From Protoeuglena noctilucae (taxonomy: Eukaryota), in assembly GCA_958009085.1 (NCBI GenBank), contig OY253670.1, forward strand, positions 310,001 through 374,000: a stretch of DNA of 64,000 bases, given 5' to 3'. The position numbers were made by a program, and so were the translations under genes. The notes beneath the pieces are model-generated. The model was not told where the DNA came from. It worked only from the letters and a program-made list of their open reading frames with translations, and did not search any database. Of this stretch, positions 25,251 to 37,805 are shown one piece after another; the stretch's first letter is position 1, and every line of letters starts with the position of its first letter.

Positions 25251-26458
25251 TCAGACGCACGCCGCTGCGGGCGACGGGGGAGAATTGGTGGGCACTGGTA
25301 GCAGCTGCGTTGGTGGGTTAGTAGAGCTGGGGGTACCGCAGCTCTCCCCACCCAGCAACGACAGACGGGCGAGTGGGTGCACAGCACACAAGGCAGCAAC
25401 GCTGTCGAACCCCACACCAAAACATCAACTCAACCCCAACCGCCACCTCCCCACCCCCACCCCCTCGCCTTCTTCCCCGCCCGTCTCGCCACCCCCCCCA
25501 CGCTCTTGCACTGCCCCCAGGGGTGCCCCTCCTTCCTCCCCGCGATCGCCTCAGGACCCTCGCCAGTGTTCAAGTGCACCAGGTAATCGTGGACGTCACT
25601 GAACCCCGCGCGGCGCGCGCTGGGCAGCACCTGGCCCGTGGCAGGCAGCCCGGCCTTCTTGCGACAGAGCGAGCAGTTGCAGCACAGGTTGCACCCCGGG
25701 CCGCACCCGCCCCGGCACGGCGGACACACCCACGCGCCCGACGCAATGGCCAATTCGACGTCCTCCCCGTGACGATTGCGGAGGCACGACCCGCAGAAGG
25801 ACGTGGGCATGCGGGGACCACGCGACCCCGACCCACACGTCGGCCGCGTGCACTGCACCTGGGCCTCCAGCGTCTTCTGTCTGCGAGAGCAAGGGGAATG
25901 CGTGACGCTCAGATCAGGCAGGGACGGACGGGGTCGATCTGGTGGGGTGCGCGTCAGTGAGGGTGCGATAGGGTACGCCGACTACGCGGACGCTAAGCTC
26001 CGGTGTTGGATCGATAGGTAGTGTCGTCCGCTGAGCTGACAACACTTCTTGCGCTCGGTCTCTCGCCTGCACCAGTGGCAAGTGACTCCGCTGGCGCTGT
26101 CGTAGACCTTGCCACCCTGGATGCGCACGCCCTTGCCCGAGTCCCGCGGTCCATGCGGGGACGTGACCGGCTTCTTGACGCCGCCGGCCTGGACGCCGAT
26201 GCGAGCGCCGCGCTTGTCGCTGTCCTGCAAAGCGGACTTCGGAGGATTGCAGGCGGCCGGGCAGGGCGCGGCGAGGTGTGATGGCTGCATGGGACGTCAG
26301 CGATGTGAAAAGCCCGCCTTGCTCACCTCTCCATCCGTTGGTGCATCCCCCAAAGCCGCGAATGCCTTCTCCACGTTGTAGTCGACCTTCTTCACCGAAC
26401 TCCTCGGCGTCCTCGGCCCTGGCGAAGACGCTGGGGGCGTTCCCTCCACCGCGAGCAT
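25251..26458 (-). CDS. zf-4CXXC_R1 zinc-finger protein (CDCA7-like)
   Basis: GGKVYDSASGVTCHWCR|QKT...FCGSCLRNRHGEDV....WVCPPCRG..CCNCSLCRKKAGLPATG...GFSDVHDYL. Last exon ambiguous (stop at 25251 or 25085). Confidence 0.85.
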
Positions 26459-26892
26459 CGCGCTCCCTGCCCGCTCCTGGGGCCCCGCCCTCGCCCCCGT
26501 GGGATCGCCCTGGCAGGTAAATACGAATTTTGGATGGGACGGCGGCCTCTCCCGATCTTTTGGTCCACAAAATACGAAAGCGTGGCGGGAACGACGGCGC
26601 GAGCTCAACACTGCTCCTCGAGAGACGACATGAGCACCGGGCGTCAATATATCGATGGAAGCATGCGCGCATTGGCACGAAAAGCCTCTGTGCTTCGTTC
26701 CCGCGTCGCCCGTGCCAGCAAAACGCAAGTCTGCCTTGTTGGCGCGCAGCCAAAGCCCGATCTAGGCTCATAGATGCTCCCTGTTTCGAGAACTCGCGTT
26801 GTAGTTGCCGTGCGAGCGCATTTGATTCTCCCTAGCCTTCGTGTGGCTCGCCTGCCCCCTGTCGGGGGCCGCGCGCCCTTGTGGATGACGAT

Positions 26893-29800
26893 ATGACGTC
26901 TTACTACTCTCGGGTGAGTTCCGGGGCCGAGAATTCATTCGTTACTGGCCACGCGTCAGACCACGGCCCCCCCTCCGGCCAAAATTACGCGGAAGTGAAG
27001 GCCGGAAGACATGGGGGGTCTGTGGTAACAGATGCGATAGAGGAGGGGCAGGGGGGGCCGGGTTCTGCCCCCACTCACTGCGCGGTGCCTGCCACACCCA
27101 ACCTTGCTGATGATGCGTGCCCCGTGGCCCTGGCCCCGCGATGCCGGCGTCAGCCTATCATTGATAGTCTTACATGCAACGAGGCGAGATCTTGTGCCAA
27201 ACGGGCTCCTCCTTGGCCCCCGCGCAGTCCCCTGCCGCGGCTGCGGCGCTTCTCGCGGCCATCCGGCGCAACAGCATCCCGGATGTCCAGCAAATCCTCC
27301 AAGAGAACCCTGCTGTAGGTAAGCTGTCTTGTGGAGGAGCCCTCGTCCGGAGGGAGACCGCGCGGCGTCGTGGGGACGCCACGCTCCGATGACGCCGTTT
27401 GTCCTGCCACGATTCCCGCCTGCCGCAGCTCCTCACTCCGCGCCGCGCCCTTTCCGCAGCGTCTCAGCTGGCGTCGTCGGGATCGGTGGCCACGGACTCG
27501 CCGATCCACGCAGCCGGGGCAGGTGAGCGACTTTCCCAGAGCAGGTCCGTTGCTCCCGGCTCTCGCGGGTCGCCGATCGCGCCCCCGCCTCGTCTCTCTC
27601 CGCAGTGGGCAGCTCCGCGATCATCATGACGCTGGTCAAGTACGGCGCCAACATCAACCGCATCCTGCCGCGCACGCCCGGCGAGACGGGCGGGTGCACG
27701 TGCATGGACCTGGCGTGGGAGGGCCGCCACGTCGACGCGATGAACGTCGTTCGCCAGTGCGGCGGATTTCTGCGGTCCGAGATGCCCTCCATGCCTCTGG
27801 AGACGGGCGCGCCCGCTGCTGCAGCGACTGCCCCAGGCGCATGTGCGATGCTGCTCGCATTCACCGCGATCATCATCATCGGCTATGGCCGTCTTGCCTC
27901 GCAGCGCATGGCGCTTTCGACATTCCATTTTTCCTTCCCATCCCTCCCGCGCAGGTCCGGCGCAGGCGGGGGCGCAGGGGCAGCCCGGCTATGCAACCGC
28001 GGCTGCGGGTGCGCCCACGTACGCCCCTTCCGCCGCCGCGCCCGCGGCCGGTGTTTCCTACAACGCTGCGCCCGCCGTGTCTGGGTACAGCAGCTACGCT
28101 CCCGCGGGCGGGGCGCCGGGGCACAGCTCAGGGTACCCCACCGCAACGCAGCAGGCGAGTGCAGCTTCCCACGTGCACCTGCCGCGGGGTCGCGTCGCCC
28201 CCGCAGTGGTCGAATTGGTTATAATGCAGTTTGTCGAGGTTTCGGTGGCCCTGGCGATGTACCAGGAGGGTCCTGCTCTGTGCAGTGATGCAGGTAACAA
28301 AAGCTCTTTTCTCTCTGCCCCCAGTACTCCTCCTACCCAGCGACCAGCCAGCCCGGCGCAGCGACGCAGTACGCAACGCAGCCGAGCGCTGCGGGGTACG
28401 CGCCGGCCGCGGCGACCCCGGGGGCAGCGGGAGCCGCGCCTGCGGGGCTGGGGGGTGCGGGCGGCTACTATGCACCTGGCCAGCAGGGCGGGCAGCAGGG
28501 GGCCGGATCAGGGTACGGCTACGCGGGTTACAACGCCACGGGACCGTCGCAAGCAGCGCATACGGGCGCCGGGGGCTATCCCGGCAGCGCGCAGGTGCGT
28601 GTGTGGGTATGGCCCACGCAAAGACAGGCAAGTGTGATTGGCCCGATGTGGTTGTGATCGTCGCCATATCCTCGCTCGCACGCAGGGGTACACCCAGCAG
28701 GCCGCGGGAGGCCAGTACGCACCAGCGGGTCAGGCCCAGGCCCCGCAGGGCTACGGGTCCTACCCCGGAGCGGCGCCGTCGCAGGGTTATAATACTCAAC
28801 AAGGATATTCTCAGCAGGGGTATACCCAGCAAGGACGAGGTGGCACGGCGGGCGGCGCGTACGGGCAGCAGGTGCGATGGAGGGGATCACGCATTTATCC
28901 ACTACTCGCATGCATCGTCCTGTCCCCGCATGTCGTGTGTTTCTGCCAACACAACACAACGCGACTCGCACCCCACCTCCCCATTTCGCAGGCCCCCCCC
29001 GCCGGGACCTACCCCGCCCCCTCGGCCCAGCCAGGGCAGTACCCACCTCAAAGCTACGGGCAATACCCGGCGATGCAGACCCGGCCGGGGGCCCCGGAGG
29101 TGGCACCACCCCCCAGGAGCGGCTACGGAGCTCAGATGACCACCACATCGTCAACGCCTGGGTACAACACAGCAAGTGCGCAGCCGGGCCCGCCGCCACG
29201 TCCGGACACATACGGCAGCGCTCAGGGTTACAGCTACGGGGGCCAGCCGGGCAGTGCGGCGGCGGCGCGGCCGGGGCAGTGGCAGGGGCATCAGGGCGGG
29301 CAGGGGTGGGGCGGTGCGTGGGGTGGCAGCGCGCCGGGTGCAACCCCCACCGTACCCCCGCCATCCGCCGGGCCGGGCACGGCGGGCCGCGGCTACCCCG
29401 GCGCTGCGCCCGCGCCGGCAATGCAGCCCCCGCCCCCCCGCACGCCCCCTGGCGCGGCTCCCGCCCCCGCCTATGGCCGCCCTGGCGTGGCAGCGATGGG
29501 CGACGGGTCGATGCACCCATCGCACCCAAACACGCATGCCCCGATGGGCGCCTCTGCTGCTGGCCCTCCCAACCTGGGGCCTGGATTGATCATGGCGCGT
29601 CCGTCAGGGCAGCCGCCTGCGCCCGCAGCTGCCCCGGGGTCGGTTGGGGGGATGGGAATGGCGACGGGAGTGGATGCGAGCGGGATGGGTGGTATGGGTG
29701 CTATGGGTAACATGGGTGCTATGGGTGGTATGGGTAGCATGGGTGGGTTGGATGCTATGGGCAATGCTATGGGTGTGGGGATGGGCGGGATGAACATGGG

Positions 29801-30383
29801 TGGCATGATGGGTGGTGGCATGGGGATGGGGATAGGGAGGGGCCGGGGCATGGGTGTGGCTCCGGCTATGGCGGGGGTGATGGGGGCACCTATGGGGATG
29901 GGAATGGGCATGGGTATGGGAGATGGCGTGGGGGGTGGTTTCACGATTCCTAGAGACCCCCATTCCGTGCGCAAGGCGCTTCACAAGGCCGCGAGTGCGG
30001 GGAACGTGGGGGAGCTGAAGGCGCTGCTGCTGAGCCCCCTCGTCACGCTGGTGAGAGTCATTGATAGGAGTATAGTGAATGCAAGGTGTATGTACTAGCA
30101 TATGTAGCATATTTGATGGCTGTGAGTGGTGAGGGGGCAGTGGGAGCTGAAGGCGCTGCTCACCAGCCCCCCTCCCCTCCCTCACTTTCACCACCCCCTC
30201 ACCCTCACCCCTCCCTCACCATCCCCCCAGAGCGACGTGGGCCCGAGCCTCCTCCACACCGCCGCCAGCTTCGGCAACGTGCAGACCGTGGTGGAGCTGC
30301 TGGGCATGGGCGTGCCAGTCAACTGTGTCATGGGGGCAAGACGCCTTTGGATGTGGCGAGGGCGGCTGGGTATACCACCACTG
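26893..30383 (+). CDS. Ankyrin-repeat protein with a long Tyr/Gly/Gln/Pro- and Met/Gly-rich low-complexity region; runs into the assembly gap
   Basis: MTSYYSR|SPAAAAALLAAIRRNS..., SPIHAAGA, LVKYGANIN, then YGQ-rich exons, then ALHKAASAGNVGELKALL, LLHTAASFGNVQTVVELL and GKTPLDVA. The last motif needs one extra G in the run at 30332-30336. Confidence 0.7.
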
Positions 30384-30583
30384 NNNNNNNNNNNNNNNNN
30401 NNNNNNNNNNNNNNNNNNNNNNNNNNNNNNNNNNNNNNNNNNNNNNNNNNNNNNNNNNNNNNNNNNNNNNNNNNNNNNNNNNNNNNNNNNNNNNNNNNNN
30501 NNNNNNNNNNNNNNNNNNNNNNNNNNNNNNNNNNNNNNNNNNNNNNNNNNNNNNNNNNNNNNNNNNNNNNNNNNNNNNNNNNN
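30384..30583. other. Assembly gap (200 N)
   Basis: Run of N. Confidence 1.
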
Positions 30584-30726
30584 AGAATAGGCAGTGCCTC
30601 ATCCTTATCACATCACAATCCACTCATCCCTATGAGCAACCATGCTCGTATGTACAACTATCAAGCACTGCTAACAGTACAAGCAACAGTAGTAATATTA
30701 GTACCATCACCCCCCTCCCCCCCCAG

Positions 30727-31675
30727 GATCCTGCTCATCCAGGGCCGCAACGGCGGCCGCGTCGTGAGCCTCCGCGACCTCCAGAACGTCCCCGCCGCCG
30801 GCCCCGTTTCAAGCGGCGACGCGGCCTCACTGGCGGCCGCGCTGCGCGGCCCGCCCGGCTCCGATTCGAATCTCGCGATCCTCTCCGCGCTCGCGGGGGT
30901 GCTGGCGGAAAAGGAGACCCCCCGGCCCATTACAGCTGCGGAGATGAGCACCAAGATACGGAGCATGGGGGCGGCGGGGGCTGAGCTGGCGTCCCACCCG
31001 GTCGCGTGGCTGCCGCTGCCCTACTACCGCCAGAGCCGCCTGCCGAAGATGCTCGCGACTCTTTTCGAGCATCTGTCTGTCGCCTGCGTCAGCCTGGGCG
31101 GGGCCACAGTCACGCTGGTGTGGGTGGGCAGCATCGCCTACCTGCAGGGTGAGTTGGTGGTGCTGGGATGGGATGTGTTGTGCCGACTGCGATGTGCTGT
31201 GGTGTCAAACGTTGGTAGTCTGGTGGTTTTGGATAGATGAGATGGATAGATGCGTGGCTGAGACGGCTCGTTCTTGGTATGTAATTACCGTTACATGCTT
31301 AGCTGGTGGGTGGGATGAGGTCCGCAGTACTGCTATGCTTGCTGCCGGTAGATGATACGATGCATGTTGCGGGATATGATTTATACGAAAGAATTTTACG
31401 ACGCTTGTTTTCTCATCGCAGGGAGGCGGGAGGATGGGAGCGAGGAAGAGACGGCGGGTGCGGGTGCGGGTGTGGCGTTCGGGAATGCGGTGGGGTATGC
31501 CAGCACTGAAGGTGAAGAGACGCGAGATGAGACGCAAGAAGAAGAGGGGGATGAGGGGGATAAGAGGGATGAGGATGAGGGGGATGATGAGGATGATGAT
31601 ATGGGGGACGATGATGAGGGCGATGAGGATGAGGATGAGGGGGGAAAGAGGGGGAGGAAGAGGGCGAGGGAGTGA
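30727..31675 (+). CDS. 3' exons of an uncharacterised protein with acidic tail and basic NLS-like end; may or may not continue the ankyrin gene across the gap
   Basis: Acceptor ccccag at 30726, open GC3-rich exon to ~31148, last exon ...DEGDEDEDEGGKRGRKRARE*. Confidence 0.55.
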
Positions 31676-31680
31676 GGGTC

Positions 31681-31884
31681 GGGTGTGGGGTGGGGGTGGG
31701 GGTGGGAGTGGGTGTGGGAGTGGGTGGGAGTGGGTAGGAGTGGGAGTGGGTGTGGGAGTGGGTGGGAGTGGGTGGGAGTGGGAGTGGGTGTGGGAGTGGG
31801 TGGGAGTGGGTGGGAGTGGGAGTGGGTGTGGGAGTGGGTGGGAGTGGGTAGGAGTGGGAGTGGGTGTGGGAGTGGGTGGGTGTG
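31681..31884. repeat. G-rich simple repeat (GGGAGT/GGGTGT/GGGT)n
   Basis: About 200 bp of degenerate hexamer units directly after the stop/donor-like GTGAG. Confidence 0.9.
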
Positions 31885-32449
31885 GAGGACAGGCGCAGCT
31901 TTGGTGTCATTAAGCGGCGCAGATATCATCATTATACCATGTGCAGCATGTGCGGATTGTTTGTTAATGTAGCTGCGTGGCGTGTAGGCAAGTGCGCAGT
32001 CGGTTGCAAGCTATCACTGTCATCTCTATCGTTTCAAACACGAGCGCAAGCCCAAGGGCACAGCCAGCCGCGCCGACGGGCAACTCGCCACGTGCCTGTC
32101 AGACGCTTTGCCAGTGGCTCTGCCACAAAGAGCAAGCGGGGATGGACACAGGGATCCGTCAGTCAGAGACCACGAGAGGACAAAGTGTAAGAAAGTGCAG
32201 ATCACGATATTTAGAGTTATAGTGCTTGTAAAGGACTAGGAGAGATCACAACCGGGATGGCGAGTGGGGAATGGCTACCCTCGCCAACCCCGCCGTTGCG
32301 TGACGTCAAAAACAAGCCACTGCCACCTCCAACCCTCATTACCACCTCAAACCCCACCACTGCGACCTCCACGCCCACCACTGCCACCCCCACCCATCAC
32401 CCCCACCCCCACCACCCCATCACCACCCTACTCCACCCCACCCCCACCC

Positions 32450-35400
32450 CTACCCCCTCCTCCCCCCCCGCGCATTCTTAGCCGACAGCATCCTCCCCAG
32501 TTCCGCAATCGATCGTTTCTTGGTCTCGACCATTTGAAATGCCGCGAACGCGAACCCGCAAGCGTTGATGGCGGCGTATGCCAGGTAAGTGCCGCCCGCA
32601 CCGAGGGAGGTGAGGAGGAAGGGGAAGGTGAGGCCGACTGGGGGTGGGAGGGAGAGAGAGGGGTGAGGTGAGTGAGATGAGAGTTGAGGTGAGGAGGCAG
32701 GGAGGTGAGCCGCACAAACACCCATCCACACATCCGCCCACACACCCATACCCACACCCACACACACCCTAACAACATCCCCCCTCAGCGACGATGTTAG
32801 CCACCCACACTCACACCCAAACACACACACACACACACACACACCCAATATCTCCCCCTTGTCCCTCACCGGCGATGTTGGCCACCCACACCCACCCACA
32901 CACCCACCCACACCCAAACACACGCACACTCCCAACCCCCCCTCACCGGCGATGTTGGCCACCCAGTGCGCCCCCGTCGCGAACGCCATGCCCTTTCCCC
33001 GCACGTGATCTGGCATGATCTCACTGGCATAGGTGAACGGCACGGGGCCCGCCCCCAATGCAAAGAACGCGCAGTAGAGGAATATGAGAGCGAGGGAGGC
33101 GGCGCTTGCGGTGCGGTTGCCTTGGCCGGCCCATGCGGACGCAGCCACTCCCGACAGGCACACGGCCATGCCTGCGTGGCTGAGCATCATCAGCGTGCGG
33201 CGGCCCAGGGTGTCTAAGAGGAGGGAGGCGGGAATGACGAAGGCGAAGAGGACAACGCTGGGGGGGAGGGAGAGGGTGGGGGTGAGTGGGTGGGGAAGGG
33301 GGTGTGGGGTGTGGGAGTGAGTGGGTGGGTGCGATGTGTGGGATGAGTGGGGGTGAGTGAGTGGGTGAGTTGGAAGGATCGGGCGAGTTGGGTGGGGTGA
33401 GTGAGGGTTGGGTGAGTGTGCGTCTGTGCCCATGCATGTGTGGGTGTGTCCCACCACTACCCCCATCTTCTCTCACCCAACGCCCGCCCCCCAGCTACCC
33501 TCATTTACCACCACCCCTCTCCCATTCTCTCACCCGATGCCCACCGCCCCGCCCAGGGCCATCCCCGGGGTAAACCCCGCGTCCGCCAGAACCTGACCCG
33601 AGTAGATGATGACCGTGTTGATGCCGCTCAGCTACAGCAGGCACACCGTCACCGTCGCCAAATACGTCATCCGGCCATACTGGGACCCAAACAGGTCGCC
33701 CCACGACACAGGACTCTGGCACCGGTCGTTGCCAGAACCGTCGCCAGAGTCCCCGTTGCGCGACGCTCCTTCACCACCCCCCACCTCCCGGTTTCCCTCG
33801 CCGTGTATACTCGGCCCCGGCACCGCCACCCGCACCCTGCCCCGCCTGCTCCTCTCCCCTCGCCCCTCTTCGACGTCGCATGCCGCTCCACGCCTGCTCC
33901 TCCCCTCTTCGACGTCGCATGCCGCCTCAGCTGCGCGAGTCTCCACGCTGTCCCTGCCATCCCCATCCCCCACACTCTCCGCCTTGTTATTTCCATCGCC
34001 ACCCGCACCCGTACCACCACCCGCACCCATACCACCACCCGCACCCGTACCACCACCCGCACCCGTACCACCACCCATGCCACCCATGCCACCCGCACCA
34101 CCACCACCACCCCTCGCCACCCCAGCCGTCTCCACGCCACTGGTAGTCGGCGTCAAGTCGCACTCCGCCCCAACCACGCCCACGTCGCCCTTCGCACCAC
34201 CGCCCCCGCCCCTGCCAACCCCCTTCCCCACCTCACACGTAACACCCGCCTCAGCATCCACCCGACATGCTGCTACCCCCGCACCCTCAGCATCACCCTC
34301 CCGCAATCAGCAAGTGGCCTTGCTTCCCTCTGCCGGCCCTACCGCGGCCCGGCGCTTGGCCCGCAGCACCGCATAGGCAGCAGCGGCGTCCTCGTCGCGG
34401 CCCTTCCACGCCAGCCTGCGGGTTTCAGGCAAGTGCGGGTGCGTTAGAATGCGTGTCGGAGCCAGTCAAACGCGGCACTGCATGGGAGTAACTCAAAACG
34501 TGAAGGTGAAGCGTCACCGCAGACAAGGGGTGCACGACCTGCCATCGCGTTGCTCACTGCAGAGCCCTAGATGGTGCCGCCCATGCCACAAGCACCACAA
34601 TCACCCACAAACACCACCACCATCACTGTCACCACAATCACCACATCACTCAACACACTCCCCCTTGCCCTTGCCCCAGTCACCAGAGAGGGCTCTCGGC
34701 GGCCCAGGCCCACAGCGCGGCCATGGCGAGGCACGGCACGAAAGAGAGGGCGAACATGACGCGCCACCAGCTGGGGTGGAGGGACCTTGCTGATGCGGAC
34801 TGGAGGCCGTAGGGGACGCCGGTGAGGAAGGAAAAGAGGACCCCGGCGGACACTGCGGGGGTTCGAACGGGGGACCGAGTGACGGGGTGTGCACGGGTGG
34901 GTGTGAGGGAGGCGGTGGAGTTGGTGGAGAGTGCTTGTCCCTTCACCAGCACCCACACCTCCCATCACGTACAATCACAACGACACCCACACCCGCACCC
35001 ACACTCACCCGTCAGGTGGTTGAGCGTGCCGAGCGTGCCCCGGATGTCGACAGGCGCGATCTCCGCCAGATACCGTGACACTAGGGTCACGAACACACCC
35101 ACTCCAAGACCGATTAGCACGCGTGCCGATGCCAGCAGAGGCCACCCGGCAGAGGCCGGCATGGCGGTGGAGATGGCGACTCCGATGACCAAAGGCGCGT
35201 TGGCGAGCAGGAGCGTGCGGCGGGGGGACAGGGAGTCCGCCTGGGGTGGTGGAGGGGTGTGAGGGGTCGCGATGGGGAGGTGGTGTGGTGGACGGCGATG
35301 CTTGGGACCCTATATGATGGCACAGCGTGGTCGGGCCGTTAACAGAACAAGGGCAGTGCATTGTTGTCGATTGGATAGCGAGGCCAGAGAGTGTCCTTTA

Positions 35401-35956
35401 GCCCATGATCATCGTGTGACGAGCCCTTTGGTACTAGTCACCGCCAGCGCTACTCTCTGCTGTCACCAGAGGACCAGAGGCGATGGCCCCAGCACAGCCC
35501 CCGACCAGCATGGCCGCGACGACCACGGCGGAGCGAGCGGCGCCCGAGAACCGCAGGGAGGATTGCAGCTGCGACATGGGCAAATTGAGAACGCCGAGCT
35601 GGTAGCCGAACTGTGGGGGAGGAATCAAACACGAAGCATGTCGCCGCTTTCCGCCTCGAGCTTGTGATGCGGAGTTGCAAAGTTCATGCGCAGTCTCAGC
35701 GCCATGACACGGCATCCACGAGACGAATCGGAGCACGGCATGACGAGGGCGGCAGAGCGCGGGCCGGCGCAGCGGGGGCGGTGGGAATACGGCAGAGGGC
35801 CGATTCTGTGCCCGGGTGACGAGCCTAGTCTTGAAATGCAAGCGCTGTGCAGCGAGCGAAAGCCACCTGAAACGTTCCGCACACTGCGTAGCCGACCGAG
35901 AGCCACAGCGCGGCGGGGTGACCCCGCAAGGGCGCGAAGAAGCCGGTTGAGCGCAT
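32450..35956 (-). pseudogene. GLUT-like MFS sugar porter carrying two in-frame stop codons (TGA 34309-34307, TAG 33634-33632)
   Basis: AVCGTFQ|FGYQLGVLN, ADSLSPRR, RVLIGLGVG, YLAEIAPVDIRGTLG, AESPLW, LL*LSGINTVIIYS, DTLGRR, GAGPVPFTYASEIMP..RGKG and VETKKRSIAE. Splice sites are intact. Confidence 0.7.
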
Positions 35957-37316
35957 CTCGGCGCTTCCCGGACGCCCCGCGAGCCCAGGACGGGAAGCAG
36001 ACCCAGCCACGGCTTCCGCACACGTGTGGCCCACCTAAAGCGACGGCATTGACGAGGGCGCGAGGTGCAGCAAATCTGGGAGGCCACGTCAGACGCCACG
36101 CAAGCAGCAGCGATGACACGTCTCTTTTTCCGACACTGGAGTTGCGAAATGTGACACGAACGGGCTCATTTGCTTTCGAATTGAGCGGGCCTCGAAGAAA
36201 TGCAAGAAACGGGGTCGATTGTCGGCAGATGTTGGTTCAGCAAAGCGTTGCTATGTGTCTGTGACAGAGGGGCGAGACTGCTGGCGAGAGCCCAGGTCGA
36301 CAACGGTGGCACCGCAAGCACAAGAGCAGCGTCGCGCCCTCCGTGGGGAATCCTCCCAGTCCTCGCCGCCAATTGCTCTGCCCGCTCGGCGCCAATACCA
36401 TGCGACTCAGCATATGACAGCGATGACCAGAAAGGCATCGGGCAGTCGCAGCGCGACAGCTGCGGCCACAGAGCACGGCACGCGTGAGAAGGTGCAGGGC
36501 CGCAACGTTGGTCCGCGGATCCCGCGGGACGACAGTGCGAGACGCAGTGCGCTATGACTTGGGACTCCAGAGGACGACGGACGCTGCATTTGACGCTTGC
36601 GAGCAGCCGCGCCAGCCGCGCTCAGCCAGGCCTGCCTCGTCGCATTGCGGGGCTCCCGTCCTCGCCGATGCCAGCTACACGTCGCTGGCGCGTCGGGGCA
36701 CGACAGCAGCAAGGATGCGGGCCTGCGGGGCGGCGAATGCTGCCGGGCCCGTGCGATTGGTGCGCCTGCCCGCGCCCGGGGCGGTTCTCCGGGCCACGGC
36801 GCTGCCCAGGGTCGCAATCGGACGGAGTGTGTGTCGGCCGGGTCTGGCGTGGCAGCCGGCGCGGGGTCTCGGCAGGTGCAGGGCCACCCGGATTCTCGAA
36901 GATGCACCGTGTTTGGGGGCGATGCACGCGCGATGCCTCGCGCGAGGAGTGCGATGCGATCGGCTGTGTGTATGTATACTGCACGGGCCGTTGGCCGGGC
37001 CGCGTCGCGGGCGGGGACAGCGGGCGCGGGCAGGGAATGCATCCACACCCTTTGCAGCCGGCGATGCAGCGAAGGGTCGCGCGAGAGGGGCCGGAAGGGC
37101 GACGTGCAGCATGGTGTACATGTCCCGCAGATCTGTGACGCGCCGGGCGGACGGCGGCGACGGCGATACGAGCGGGGAGCGGCGGGGCTTCCCGCGGCCA
37201 TCCCAGCCGCAGGGCAGCGGGGACACGCGGCGATCGGACGGAGCCCGGCGGGGCAGGTGAGGGGGAGGGAGCGGTCATGTTTGTCGGGACACGTCGGGGC
37301 GGGCGGGCCGTGGGAC

Positions 37317-37805
37317 TGTGGGATCGGCCAAGCTGGGCTACCACCCCGGCAAGAGAGTCATGGACACCATGCGAGATGCCGCGGTGGCCAAGATGGGGGA
37401 TTTTACACCTCAAAGACTGGCGAACACGTTGTGGGCGTGGGCTGAGCTGGGGTATGATGACCCCGGTAGCGCAACCATGGACGCGGTGCGTGAGGCCGTG
37501 GTGGCCAAGCTGGGGAACTTTAATGCACAGGATTTGGCCCGGTGTGGGCCTGGGCCACGCTACAGTACCAGCCTGGCCTTCCTGTGCTCCGCGCTGTGGA
37601 GGACGCCGCTGTGCAGCTGTCTCCGGCTTTGGATGCCATGGACTGGTCCCAGCTGGCCTGGGGCCTGGCCAGGCTTGGGCACAGGGGCTCTAGCGTGTGG
37701 CGAGGTGCAGTGGCGGTGCACAGGGATTCCATGGTGCCATATCTCAACGCCAAGCAGCTGGCTGTGGTGGACGAGTGGCTGGGTGATAGAGCTGGCAATG
37801 CCTAA
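37317..37805 (+). pseudogene. Second OPR-like paralog, frameshifted
   Basis: GDFTPQRLANTLWAWAELGY.., then a 4-bp deletion at 37539/37540 (ttggcc-cggtgtgg vs ctggccaacacggtgtgg in copy 1), then WAWATLQYQPGLP...; ends TAA at 37805. Confidence 0.75.

Noticed and set aside
30332..30336. Frameshift or pseudogene in the ankyrin gene
   Set aside because: One extra G in a G5 run restores VNCVMGGKTPLDVA; the site is ~50 bp from a gap, so a homopolymer error is more likely
31681..31884. Telomere-like G-rich array
   Set aside because: Units are irregular, not TTTAGGG/TTAGGG, internal, and resemble the G-rich tracts that follow donors elsewhere in the window
33632..33634. TAG=Gln alternative genetic code, as in some ulvophyte algae
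   Set aside because: Only one in-frame TAG was found among all modelled exons, the same gene also has an in-frame TGA, and TAG/TAA sit at plausible gene ends (12048, 59073, 59460)
36400..37260. Separate gene upstream of the second OPR copy
   Set aside because: Several overlapping low-complexity ORFs with no recognisable motif; may be a decayed 5' part of the OPR gene but cannot be supported
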